DNA from: Marsupella aquatica | Lineage: Eukaryota > Plantae > Marchantiophyta | Length of the DNA: 64,000 nt | Reading direction: 5' to 3' | NCBI GenBank assembly: GCA_973895155.1 | Contig: OZ316894.1 | Span: forward strand, 5,356,944 to 5,420,943 | Shown: positions 1-11,490 of the stretch, in pieces | Numbering within the stretch: the first letter of the stretch is position 1 | Layout: every line of letters starts with the position of its first letter | Translations under genes and position numbers: made by a program | The notes under the pieces: model-generated | What the model was told of the DNA's origin: nothing | What the model saw: only the letters and a program-made list of their open reading frames with translations | Database searches by the model: none

Positions 1-398
1 AGTTTGCAGAAGACGCGTTTTCAGCAGGCAGTGTATCAGGATTCAATGAGATCGGCGGAAGTTTTGGAGGATTGAGTAGCGGTTGGACGTCTGTTGGGAA
101 CAGCCCTGTAGCCGGTGGAGGTGGAATGAACGGACCTTCCGAAGGCTCCGCGAAGCAAGCCTCGGAAGTTCTCTCTGCTGCCATCAATGCAGCTGTGGCC
201 CAAATGATGCTGCCTGTGTTTCAGGCCCAGCTTTGCCCAGATAAATGGCCAATTCCAGATGCTCCTCTAACTCAAGGAGGCAATCAACTGGTGGAGATCA
301 TGCGCGAAATTGTGGCTCGTGAAATTTCACAGTATACATCAATGATTGTTCAAGCCCACCACTCTGCTACCGATGGAACTAAACAGCAGAATCACTGA
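1..398 (+). CDS. 3' end of a gene starting before the window; probable R2R3-MYB transcription factor C-terminus (subgroup 22/23-like)
   Basis: The frame is open from base 3 to TGA at 398 and is G/S-rich. It ends in ...NQLVEIMREIVAREISQYTS..., resembling the C-terminal 'M.EMI..EVR.YM' motif of MYB44/MYB1-type proteins. The DNA-binding domain is not in the window. Confidence 0.5.
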   Translation, partial: FAEDAFSAGSVSGFNEIGGSFGGLSSGWTSVGNSPVAGGGGMNGPSEGSAKQASEVLSAAINAAVAQMMLPVFQAQLCPDKWPIPDAPLTQGGNQLVEIMREIVAREISQYTSMIVQAHHSATDGTKQQNH

Positions 399-2573
399 TG
401 TTCTTTTTGTTCTTGTTCGCCTCAGGTTTGGTTGTTTGCAACCTGTAGTCCTTAGCCACATGTAACATATCCAAGAAACTGTCCAAGAGTCCACTCAGAT
501 CTGTGGCAACCCATATCGCACCCACCTTGTAGTCTAGTTGTAAGGATCTTCTCACTCTCCTTTAGAGTTAGATTCTGAGATTTTTATTCAACAAACAGCA
601 TTCGCCTTCATGAAGAGAACTGCAACAGTTCCACTTTCCAATGAAGTAGCTTTTATTCATCGTGAGTCTACTAATTTTCTTTAAGATCATAGGCCCAATT
701 GAAACTCACAAGGGGTCATTTACCCCTCACCTTACAAATAGAGTGTCCCACTTGAGGACCTATAGCATTTAATATCATGGTCGCTTTGGTGGCATAATCC
801 ACCCTTGAAGCCCGTCTCTTGTAGCACACAGTCAGATGAGCAAAGACACGTATGCGGACGAGAAGCAATTGGATCATTGCTTTATTCAAGTCTAAACCCC
901 CGTCATTGTGGCTCATGTACTTGTTGGCTAACAAGAATACCTTTCGTTGGAAGTTGTCTTTGTTCAGTAGGTGTGCGCTTGAAGCTTTCTATGAAAAACT
1001 TACCAAACGGAGATGTACATTGTCTACTGTAGCGTATCATAGCAATCTGTGAAATATCGACTTTAACCTACACTCTCGCAACTTACTAGCAAGCATATTA
1101 CTGATCAACCTTAAACTTTCGATTAATATGGACGAATCATTGCTATCATTTTAAACCCAATTGGACCACATATGTGCATCACCTGGGCAAATTTGACCTT
1201 CGAGTTTTCTTTGATGCCCTCTGCAGTTGCATATACCTCAGTATTATGCAGGTCTGGAGCTTGTAGAGTACCAGTGCGGTGGTTATGGAATTGGTGCTTA
1301 TTTTGTAAGCCCTTTCCCTCATATGACTGGAAAAAGTCAATCAGGAAACGCTCTGGGGCGGCTGTCGGTTATGGGCACCGTAGTCCAATTGTTTATGTCT
1401 GGTGCATAGGACAGTCAGGGGAAGTTAATGGACGAAGTCAGGTTGAGGAATTTATACGTTTTGCAAGATTGGTTGCACGACTGTTGAAGGTGGATTGAAT
1501 AAACTGAGTGGTACTGATAACACGTCATCCACGTGACCTTGTCACTGGGAAGCATATCTCCTGCCCGGCGCAAGCTCTAAGCGATTTGCTCAGTCTGAAG
1601 GATATGTTTGTACAGTCCGTTGGATAAATTCAGTTGAAGACAGGGCGATTTCACTTCACAGGGGCAAAGGACAACGTAGATGAAGGCAAGAAAGCCTGCC
1701 AGGATAAAATTCGAAGAAATCATTCAGTAGAAACTCAGTGGATTGAATTGATTGAATCCATGAGGCGGCCACTATAACCCAACAACGGGGTGAGAACAAA
1801 CTAATAGGCATGAGACCTTGCCACAAAGGGAAAGGAAAACAACAGAGATAAGTAGCAAGAGAACATGTCGAGCCGCAAAAGTGCGTCAGAGGCCAAGAGC
1901 CACATTCCAAAACCCCCCATACCCCTAAAGAAACTACAGCTTTAGATCTACCCCGAAACTATCCTCAAGAGATTCAATTCAGAGGCAAAGAGCCAGATAC
2001 CAACACTCCCAACACCCCTACAGAAAGCTACAAGTCGTCACAGATCAATACGATCCTATCCTGAAGAGATTCAATGCAGGTCTCGTCCGAGCTAATTGTA
2101 AGGACATTTTGGAAGCCCGTGTTTCTCCAGTGGTCATGGTTCCCTGGCCTCCTGTGTCTTGACCACCTCCTTCAATTCTCTCTGTTCCTTACGTTATGCA
2201 TGGGTTTTTGTATGAGGTTTTTGCATCGTCTAAACAGCATGTTTTTATCTCTTAGTCAATAGTAGTTCTAAATAATGATTTACACTACTCGTCGGTTGTA
2301 AAGTTGATCGTTTGAGACAGACTCGTGTAAACTTACAGGGTATTTATTTTTGTTAATACTAGTATATTTCTCTTTCTTGATCAATTGGGGAGACTACACT
2401 CATTCTTCTGTGATGCATTATGTGGGTATTAAACATAGCCAGCTGGACAAATGGAGGATGAGACTTCATTCCCGTGAAAAGGTTTCTGTTGTACTTTCAG
2501 AACAACCCCTTCAGTTGGTTGGGTTGCCCCTCTTTACTGAGTGTGTGAATTCTACAGCTGGTAATGGGGATTG

Positions 2574-2808
2574 GAGTCATTACGAGAGCGGTTTTTTTTG
2601 GGAGGAAATCCTCCAAATTCCACGTCACTGAGAAAGTATTCTCTCATAGTTGTCAAGTTTTTTAAATTGTTTTTTCTTCCACTAGCGGTTTTCCACCTAT
2701 CCTCAGACCCCATTAGCCCTCCCACTAGCCACTTGGCACAATGTGAGATTGACCACCCTGGTGACAAGAAAAACCCTCAAAATAAAAACTGCCCTCGTGA
2801 CACTACTC
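2574..2808. mobile_element. Small non-autonomous TIR element (MITE-like)
   Basis: The left end TACGAGAGCGGTTTTTT (2581) and right end AAAAACTGCCCTCGTG (~2784-2799) are imperfect inverted repeats. The element lies between two copies of a ~100 bp direct repeat (~2469-2574 and ~2917-3012). Confidence 0.4.
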
Positions 2809-4386
2809 TCAGTTTTTTCAGGTTGTACCAATTCACCAACAGAAAACAATTCAACATCAAAGCAATGAGCGCTGCAACGTACTTTGCCAGATGGACAAAT
2901 AAGCGCTGAGACTCTGTTCCCATGAAAAGGTTTCTGTTGTACCTTCAGAACAATCCTGTAAGTTGGGTTCCCCCTGTATTGTGTGGAACAGCTGCTGCTG
3001 ATGGGGATTGGACAGGCTGATTCCAACAGGTTCACTACTGTGGTGACTAGTCTAGAGCTAGACAGTAGCAAAATCAACAACAAAGTTTGGATTGAATCCA
3101 GCGTGGTCTTCTCACGGGTTTCTTTCGGCAACAACAGGTTTCTATAGCTGTACAGCCAGCCCAGGCGGTTGATTTTTGGACATCTAATCAAATCCTTCTG
3201 TCATCTAGTCAAATCCCTCTGCATGACCCTCCCCTACGCAGTTCACCCCAGAGCTCTAGTTTGTAGCAAAGTAGGGTTTCTTTTTTTTGGCCATAAGGTT
3301 TTGTTGGCTCTTGTGTATTTGTTGTTCTTTCTAGTGTTGCCCCCTCCCCTTATTAGGAATTCTTGCCTTTGGAATTCTGTCTCTTAGTAGTACACTTTTT
3401 GGTCTTTTTCCTTCCTTAGTTTGTACCTCTGATCATCTTAACTTCATCGTATTCGCTGGCGTATTTAGCTCGATTCTCCGTTTAATATTACCGAGTTAGC
3501 GTTTTGTGTCCGAGGAGGACCGTCCAATGGAAATCACACTCGTACCCTTTGAGTTGGAAAGACGCAATTGGAGACAGTTTCTCCCAGGCCAGATTAGGCC
3601 ATGACATATTTTGTTACAAGTTGCCCCCCTCTGACTGCATCACTGCACGATCTTGAAACTGTGTTCTCGATCTCCTTGTGTTCCAAAATGCGGCCGAGCT
3701 ACTCAATTTGATTTTCACTTGATTCTCGGGTAGTTCGACCTACTTCTCCGTCATTCGTGTTGTAATAACTTGATCCGGTGTACAGGCGAACTCCTTGTAT
3801 TGCTTTCTCAGTAGCTGATATCCTGGTACTTAAATCTCGCAGTCGCCCCCGAGTTCCGCAAAAGAGGGGCCACGTACTCCGACACAACCAGGTTTGTGGT
3901 TATCCTCGTTCTCGTCCGGCCTCGCTGAATCCAAATTGCACTTGAAGATCCGGACTGGTGCCTTGGGCCTAGCTTGGAAGGATAAATCCTTGTTTAAGCA
4001 GGCCATCATATTGAAGAATACTGCTTGCTTGAAATGTTGACATATTATCTCGCTCGGTGCACGCTGATGGCTTAGAATCTAGTATTCGGCTTGCCGGGCT
4101 GCATAAAATGCTGATATGTAGAATAATACAGCTGATATGTAGAATCATACATAGACAGACTTGAGAATGTGTACGTTGCAGTACTGCGCGCTGTCATTTG
4201 ACAAGTTCAAGAGCAAAATCCCCGGCAAAATCTGGAAATTAAGTGTAGCCAACTTGTTGAGGCTCAGGTCTGTGCATGTGGACTCATTTGGACGAAGGTC
4301 TAGCCTATCAAATCGTTCTGAGGATTCTTTGATTCCCACTTTGGTTCAAGGCCTTGAGGAAACCATTTCACAAGACTTCAGTAGCC

Positions 4387-7300
4387 ATGGATCACTCTGA
4401 GCTCCTGCCGAAGTCTGAACTCCACGAGAACCCTCTCGCAAGCAAGAGTGCGGCGCAGATTCTGAGAGACGTTGATCGATTTTGTAAAGACTACGGGCTG
4501 ACTGAAAAGCTCGACTTGTTCAAGCGCGCCGCACTATTAGCAGCGGACCCAACGGCCTTCGAGGAGCGCAACGACATCTCCGAGAAGGAAAAGGGGATTC
4601 TCCGCGAAGAGACCACGCACAAATGGAGACAACCGTGGTCGATGTTCTACATTGCGATGATCTCGTCCCTGGCAGCAGTCGTGCAGGGCATGGACGAGTC
4701 TCTCGTTAACGGTGCACAGATCTTTTACTACAGTGAGTTCGGAATTGACAGCGATGCCGATAGCCTGATCCAGGGCTTGATCAACTCAGCACCATACTTG
4801 TGCTGCTTTGTTCTGGCCTGTTGGCTCACATCTCCACTCAATCACTACTTGGGTCGTCGTGGTACGATCTGGATTTCGTGCTTCATTGCAGGTATGAACT
4901 TGCGTTCAGGCTATAATCATTTCTATAAAGCTCGATTGAAGCAGAGCTATGTCTGAAGCTCTACATTTGTGAGCGGGGTTTGCGAATCATTCCAGCTACA
5001 ACGTGTGGGAGCACGAGCGGCAATCACTGAGGCTAGTATTACAAATTTTGGGGACTACCTCACGATCCCAACTTTTCGCCAAATCAACAGTATGATCGGT
5101 TAAGTACATATATAAGCTAGAGAACTTACTAGACTATCAGGTTTCTTCGGGTATGTTATTGTCTCAAGAGGAATTCAATTACCTTTAATTGGAACTGCTC
5201 ATGGTTTACAACACAATTCTAAAAGCCTTGCATAAAAATATACAGGTTCTGGTTCGGGTTTTTTTAATTGTTCTTCTTTGGGCATTGCTTCCCCGACGTG
5301 GTCAAATTCCCCCATCCCAGGAGTTTTTAATGTGGTTAAAATACTCCTACTAGGCAAACACACAGAAATACACAATTGGTCTATGAAATCTACTGTACCC
5401 AACTCTTGTGTAATTATCCTGACTTGTACATTTTTATATGGATTAATGGATCGACTGTAATAAAATATAAACATGCCTCGTAAATTATGAAACTTTTAAA
5501 ATTTGGGGCTAGTTTGGCTCTAGACCATTCTATTAAAAAATAATGTAGTTGTGATCAGGCTTTCTATATGAAAATAAGTCACTCCTTGCGTTGAGAGTAT
5601 AAGAGTTTCATAAACTAAAATGAAATTTGACAAGGTGGATTGCATATAAAAAGTCATTATATATACAAATTAAGAACTTATGAGGAGTTGCCCACCCTCG
5701 TATGAAAACTGGCCCCCCTAATTGCAATAAGAAATTCTGTGAATGTCGTGCAATCCTCTTTGTTGTATTGCCTACTAGTAAGTTGAAATGTGACTACTGG
5801 CAAGCTCCCATAGACATCTACCTCCAACGGTCGATAGCTCTGAATTGTCGAGAAGCCTGGAAGATTGAAAACTGAAAGAATATGTCAATCGCATTCATAC
5901 TTACATTCGGACTGCGGTCCATATATGAGCAAGCCAAGCTAGAAGGGTGGAGGGTCAGTCAATGAATCTCGTAATCGTGAAGGGTGTAAACGTCATTCAC
6001 AGATCTCGTCGGGCTAGCTTTGTTGCAGGTGTTGCTTCTGTTGGTGAGGGGCTCACTACCAGCTGGCCACAATTGTTTGTAGCTCGGTTAGTCCTTGGTA
6101 TCGGCATTGGTCCCAAGTCCTCGACTGCACCCATCTACACTGCGGAATGCTCACCTGCACCCATCCGGGGCGCCCTAGTCATGATGTGGCAAATGTGGAC
6201 CGCATTCGGAATCATGCTCGGATATATCATGGGAGTCATCTTTGCACCACCGAAGATCGCCCCAAACGTCGCATGGAGGCTCATGCTCGGCAGCACAGTC
6301 CTGCCGGCGATTCTTGTTTGTGGAATGGTTTACATTGGCCCCGAATCGCCACGATGGTATGTAAAAAAGGACCGATACAACGATGCATTCAAGGCAATGT
6401 GTCGTCTTCGTCGCAACGAGCTTCTGGCCGCTCGTGACGTCTACTACATGCGCGCTGTCCTTGACCACGAGAGCAACCTCTCAAAGGGTAAAAACCTGCT
6501 CCTGGAGTTGATCATGGTTCCACGAAATCGAAGAGCTATGGTCGCCTCCTGTCTCGTCATGTTCATGCAGCAGTTCTGCGGAGTGAATGTCATTGCTTAC
6601 TACTCTTCCACCATCTTCATCAACGCCGGCTTCGGAATTACCAACGCCCTGTATACATCCCTTGGTACAGGTATGGATAATTATCCTGAATCTATAGCGT
6701 TCCCTCTGATCTTTTAACATGGGAGGTGATTGCCCGTAAAAAAACTCGATCATCATTGACAGAGTATCTTAGGAGACCCTATTAAGATCCGAGGATTTGC
6801 AAGTAAGTTTCTAGCCACTTCAATTTTTACGAATGATCAATATATATGATATCTTAGAATGTGTTTTATAGTTGAAGACAGCCCAGCTAACATGTTACTT
6901 TCAAGGAATGAGCGCTAATATATCAGCTCCATCTCCAAATTTATTATGATTGAGATGAATGAAGATGTCCCTTAGATTGATGGCTGCCCTATATAGTCAC
7001 GTTTGAGTAAGAAATGATCTGCTAAAGGTCATGGCTGAGAGCGCGCAACACGTACGGGGATAATTCAGTTGACAGAGCGTTTGCTTCTAGCTTGATCTAG
7101 GAATGATATCTTGGACAAATGTTAGATTACAAGTCAGTGATGGTTTTAATGTCGAATACCACCGTTGGGCTTTGTGATCTTCGGGGTTTGAGTCGTTGTG
7201 CCTTTTTTTGTCTCGTAAGTTTTTTTGTTCGGAAGTGATCAGTTTAATATACCGGAAACTCATACGATTCACGTACTTCTCGAATTTGTTTGCAGGTGTT

Positions 7301-7891
7301 CTGAACTGGCTTTTTGCCATTCCGGCCTTCTACACAATCGACACCTTTGGTCGCCGAAATCTGTTACTCGTCACCTTCCCCCTGATGGCAATATGTCTGC
7401 TCATCACCGGCTTTGCCTTCTTTATCCCGGAGAGTGACGCATCTGGACATTACAACAAGGCGAGACTTGGTGTCGTCATGTTGGGCATATACCTCTTCGA
7501 AGTGTTCTACTCGCCTGGAGAAGGTCCAGTCCCGTTCACGTACTCCGCCGAAGCTTTCCCGCTGCACATTCGTGAGTTCGGCATGTCATACGCCACGGCT
7601 GTTTGTTGGTGTTTCAATTTTGTCCTGGCCATCACGTTCCCAAAGCTGCTGGTTGCATTCAAGCCTCAAGGTGCTTTCGGGTACTATGCAGCGTGGTGCA
7701 TAGTTGGCTGGGTGGCAATCTTTCTCCTTTTGCCCGAGACAAAGTCGCTCACACTGGAAGAGCTGGATTTGGTCTTTTCTGTTCCTCACAAAAAGCACAT
7801 CAAGTACCAGCTTTCTGTGCTCAAGTATCACATCAACCGATTTCTCGGCAAGCACCCGGAGCGTGTTCCGCCCCTCTACGTCATCTCGTAG
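4387..7891 (+). CDS. MFS sugar-porter family transporter, fungal polyol-transporter type (580 aa, 3 exons)
   Basis: Exons 4387-4891, 6029-6670 and 7296-7891 are joined by GT-AG phase-1 introns, giving 1743 nt in frame. Sugar-porter motifs: LGRRGTI, ARLVLGIGIG, PIYTAECSPAPIRG, PESPRW, QQFCGVNVIAYY, DTFGRRNLLL, PETKSLTLEELD. The N-terminal ENPL...F...GL...HKWRQP..AVVQGMDE..NGA segment is characteristic of fungal polyol transporters. Confidence 0.92.
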
Positions 7892-8255
7892 TTTTTAGCA
7901 GCTTCTCGACACTCATGACATATCCATACTTCCGGCTCTAAATTGCTAGAGCTTCGGCATCGAGCCCTCCATCACATAGCTCTCAAAGTACATACCACTC
8001 AATCTTCTTATGGCGTTTTAATTTCTATTCCATCCAGGCTGTGGGGCAATGTTAGAAAATAATCCCCTCGATTCTCTGCATCGTAAGTTAACCATTTCTA
8101 GTCTCAATTTGTATTTTCTGCACTCTATGGAAGAGAATGCCTAGTACAGGCTGTGCAAGGCCATTTTCGAGATTTGGCTTCTACTTCTCTTCGTTGATTA
8201 TTAACTGGCATATTCCTACCATCCCCTCCTTCACAGAGGCTGACATTAGTCACAT

Positions 8256-8605
8256 TGGCTAAAACCTGAAAGATTAGCATGGTGCTGACCTATGGTGTGA
8301 GAGTCCCCTACACCCCACAATGGCTAAAAAGGAAAAACTTGAAAGATACCCTGGCGGTGACCTATGGTGTGAGAGTCCCAATACACCCACAATGGCTAAA
8401 AGGGAAAAACCTATCACCCTGATGCTGCCCTATGGTGTGAGAGTCCCAGTACATCCACACTGGCTAAAAAGGAAAAACCTGAAAGATTACCCTGGTGCTA
8501 ACCTATTGTGTGAGAGTCCCACTAAACCCTGCACACTGCTAAAAAGGAAAAAGCTTAAATATTACACTGGTGCTAACCTATGGTGTGAGGGTCCCCGTAC
8601 ACCCA
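8256..8605. repeat. Minisatellite, ~5 diverged copies of a ~70-75 bp unit
   Basis: The core CCTATGGTGTGAGAGTCCC recurs at ~8289, 8361, 8429, 8502 and 8577, each preceded by a GCTAAAA...CC/CTT motif. Confidence 0.9.
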
Positions 8606-9898
8606 TTGAACAAACAACCTTATGTGTCAGTAGTGGGTATTTAATGTACCCAATAAGGGTTGGAGATGCTCTTAGGGTGGAGGTGGTCAAGCCCCAATTT
8701 AGTTAGGTTGTAGTTCTTTGATTATGCACATACCCAGAAGTGCATAACCTTAAGTCCCTGCAATTATTGGATATATAGGGCATAAATTTAACTCCGTGAG
8801 CTTATTGGTAACTGGTGCATGAACTTAACTCTCTGCACTTATTGTTTACTAGTCCATACCAAGGATAAGTGCAGGCTTGGGGCACCTCCTAGATTATGTA
8901 TATTCCTGCCTTGATATTATGTAATCCTGCTCTTTTCTCCCATTGGTCTGTTTACAAAATGACATTGAGGCAGGAATCAGCTCAGTCTGGCCATTGGATG
9001 ACGGGTGCCTTTTTGTAGATCCCTCCATTATATTTGCAAAGGGCAGCCAAAAAAGATCTGGAAACCCTTGAAAATGCACAAGAACTCTAAATTGGTAGAT
9101 CCAAATAACTTCATGCAATTGGCAAGAGATAGTAGTGAATGGTGGGCAAGAGCCACCAGGCGCAAGCCCTCAAATATCCAATTTCAAGGGATGAAGTTAA
9201 GTTTGACCTGCAACATGCAACAGTGTGTACCATGCACAAGCCGACAGTGGTTTAAGGTTGTGAAGGTGTTCTTTCTGGGGTTCCATCGTGAAGTTTCTGT
9301 GATATTATTGAGATACATAAACCTCTTTTATTGTGTCAAATGAGCTCACCAAACACATAAGTTTGAGTATAAGTTTTCAGGTACCCCTTAGAATGTGTTT
9401 TGGCTGTAGCTTGGTCATTTTAATCTAATTGGGCTAAAAGTTTTGGCTCAAATATGGGGACATTCACTGCAATTGTTTTGAGGAATATGAAATTCCCAGA
9501 ATTTTATGATTAGCCACTAGGACACTTCTCCTTCTATATTTATTGGCTGAAATTTAGTTCAGAAGTTGTGATTGGGGGCCAAAAAATGGCCCCAAAATGT
9601 ATTTGTCAGAAATACTTTAGTCCCAATACTTTGGTATGCCATACTTTGTCTTTTGTAACTAGGCCACACTTATTGTGTTGATGACTTAGATTGTGGAGAG
9701 ATTCACTCAATGCTTATAAACAGAAGTTATAAACATAAGTTCACCCTTTGTGACCCAACCCCTTTGGTCACGAACCTGGCATATGTATATGGACACTAGT
9801 CCTTTGGAACCAAATTGGCCTGGACTTAGAGACACGTCTGTACCTGTCCCTGCGCTTTACCAGTACAGTAGGTCGGCGCCGCGTCGCAATGCCGTCAT

Positions 9899-9906
9899 TA
9901 GGGTTT
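9899..9906 (-). promoter_or_regulatory. Telo-box (AAACCCTA) upstream of the snoRNA cluster
   Basis: TAGGGTTT occurs at 9899-9906 in a GC-rich, promoter-like stretch, with a second copy at 10366-10373. Telo-boxes are established elements of plant snoRNA and ribosome-biogenesis promoters. Confidence 0.55.
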
Positions 9907-10462
9907 GGTCTCCACAAGCTATTTCATTCCTTTTCCTCAGACGTTTCTTTCATTCTGTTCTTCTCTCACTATTCTCGTCCAAGCTTCATCCGAGCTCGCG
10001 AAGGTCGGCCCTCCAGACAGTCCACTGCGATGGCGGTTCAGGTTCATGTTCTTCCCAAGCTGCCACGGTACTCGAGAATGAGACGCATGTCTTTGTGATG
10101 CTGTTCAATTCGCTACGGCTCGGAAATGAGCCGCATCGCCATGGAATGCTCCTCATTTCTACCTTTCATGTGTAGAGGTCTCAGTTTGAATGCGGACTCG
10201 TCTTTCGGCTTCTCTTCGTTTTTCTGCTTTTTGCCTGTGTTCTCCGTGTTGGATAGCTGGCTACGTGCGAGCGAGATGATAGATTCCGTTCTTTTCGATT
10301 CCCGATCGGCGCAATATGGGGTTGACTTCCCGCCTCTGATAGTTAGCTAAATGTGATCGAGATGCTAGGGTTTCGGGAAGCTCGGACCCGATCGGCAGTG
10401 TTACCGAGACTTGTGCGTTGTTGCAGTAGGGGTTCAGATTTAGAGTTAGGGTTGATATTTGT

Positions 10463-10557
10463 GGCAGGGATGATGATCTCGATTAGATGAATGAGGCAGC
10501 TTGCTGCCTTTGATTCTAAACACTACCGAGGCATATCCATTCTATGACTGACCTGCC
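10463..10557 (+). ncRNA. Box C/D snoRNA (target tentative)
   Basis: Terminal stem GGCAGG/CCTGCC; box C ATGATGA (10470-76); box D CTGA (10548-51); internal hairpin AGGCAGC-TT-GCTGCCT. The D' guide ATTAGATGA is complementary to the 25S rRNA sequence UCAUCUAAU. Confidence 0.75.
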
Positions 10558-10614
10558 ATTCGCTAGTCTTAGACTTGTTTCCCCGTATTTTTTGTCTACT
10601 TAGGCGCCTTTTTC

Positions 10615-10692
10615 GGGTCAAGTGATGATTACAATACTGCAACAAAATGAGGCTATGCCCAGGATTACCGATATTTAAGTCTCTGATGACCC
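10615..10692 (+). ncRNA. Box C/D snoRNA with two guides (snoR13-like; name tentative)
   Basis: Stem GGGTCA/TGACCC; box C GTGATGA (10622-28); box D CTGA (10683-86). Guide ACTGCAACAA pairs with 18S UUGUUGCAGU, and guide TATTTAAGTC pairs with plant 25S GACUUAAAUA near its 3' end. Confidence 0.85.
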
Positions 10693-10732
10693 ATGACATT
10701 CTTGTAGTTGTGTCCTTAGGTGAACAGATTGT

Positions 10733-10816
10733 GATCAGTGCTATGATTTGAAATTTATTCCTCGTTCTGATGAAAAAATGAGGACTCTTTACACCCATAG
10801 AATATGAGCACTGATC
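10733..10816 (+). ncRNA. Box C/D snoRNA with two 18S guides (snoR8-like; name tentative)
   Basis: 9-bp stem GATCAGTGC/GCACTGATC; box C ATGATTT; D' CTGA (10767-70); C' ATGAGGA; D ATGA. Guide ATTCCTCGTT pairs with 18S AACGAGGAAU, and guide CACCCATAGAAT pairs with 18S AUUCUAUGGGUG. Confidence 0.85.
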
Positions 10817-11028
10817 TTTACTCATGCTGTTCAAATAAATACTTCTGCGAATTTTATAGGAAGACCTTAGGAGTCCGATGAAGTTCTCCGCTTCTTCACG
10901 CCGTGCGCCTTTGCTCGACGGTTGTTTTGACTGAGGGTGTAGCTAGGACAAATACCGCTTGGTTTCCATCAATTGTCGATGGCAGGGCCTAGAAATTAGG
11001 GTCATCGGAGGCGAGTAGTGACCTTGGC

Positions 11029-11117
11029 AGGGATGTGATGAGTGCTTTGGTCCGTGTTTCTGAATTACCGAAAGGTATTGAAGAGAAACACTCGCCCTCT
11101 TTTGCCAGCTGATCCCT
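11029..11117 (+). ncRNA. U18: U18 box C/D snoRNA
   Basis: Stem AGGGAT/ATCCCT; box C GTGATGA (11035-41); the guide TTGGTCCGTGTTT followed by D' CTGA is complementary to 25S AAACACGGACCAA, the conserved U18/snR18 target; box D CTGA at 11109-12. Confidence 0.88.
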
Positions 11118-11417
11118 TTCCAGTGAAATGCCTTTCCTCTTTTGCCAGCTGATCCCTTTCGGCTGATTATTGTGGCCTTGTGACATGTTGAGTGACGACT
11201 TACCGTTAATGTAATAGCTGGCTTGACGGGGATAGCCCCATGTTCTGAAAGTAAGGTAAACGAGTACCACCGTAGAGCCTGTTGTGAATGTATGTAAGAT
11301 ATCTCCGTTCTCCTCCGTCCTTGTGAAGTTAACCCGGGAACTGAAGTTTGACTCTTGAGCTAAAACAGTGCTTTGGAGATGAATATGGATCCCTACATGA
11401 AATACATCCTTATCACT

Positions 11418-11490
11418 TTGTCGTGACGACTCCATGTCGTCTTGACCATTACGGGATGTGACACGTTGTGTCGCCGCTGTGACTGAACAA
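11418..11490 (+). ncRNA. Possible additional box C/D RNA (no target recognised)
   Basis: Box C-like GTGACGA (11423-29), CTGA (11483-86) and a short TTGT/ACAA stem, in the same orientation and at similar spacing to the rest of the cluster. Confidence 0.35.

Noticed and set aside
716-934. 'VDYATK' resembling a gypsy integrase motif
   Set aside because: Only six residues match, with no surrounding integrase similarity.
8256-8605. CRISPR-like array, or the 128-aa ORF at 8320-8706
   Set aside because: The whole unit is repeated with no unique spacers, there are no cas genes and the context is eukaryotic. The ORF is a by-product of the minisatellite.
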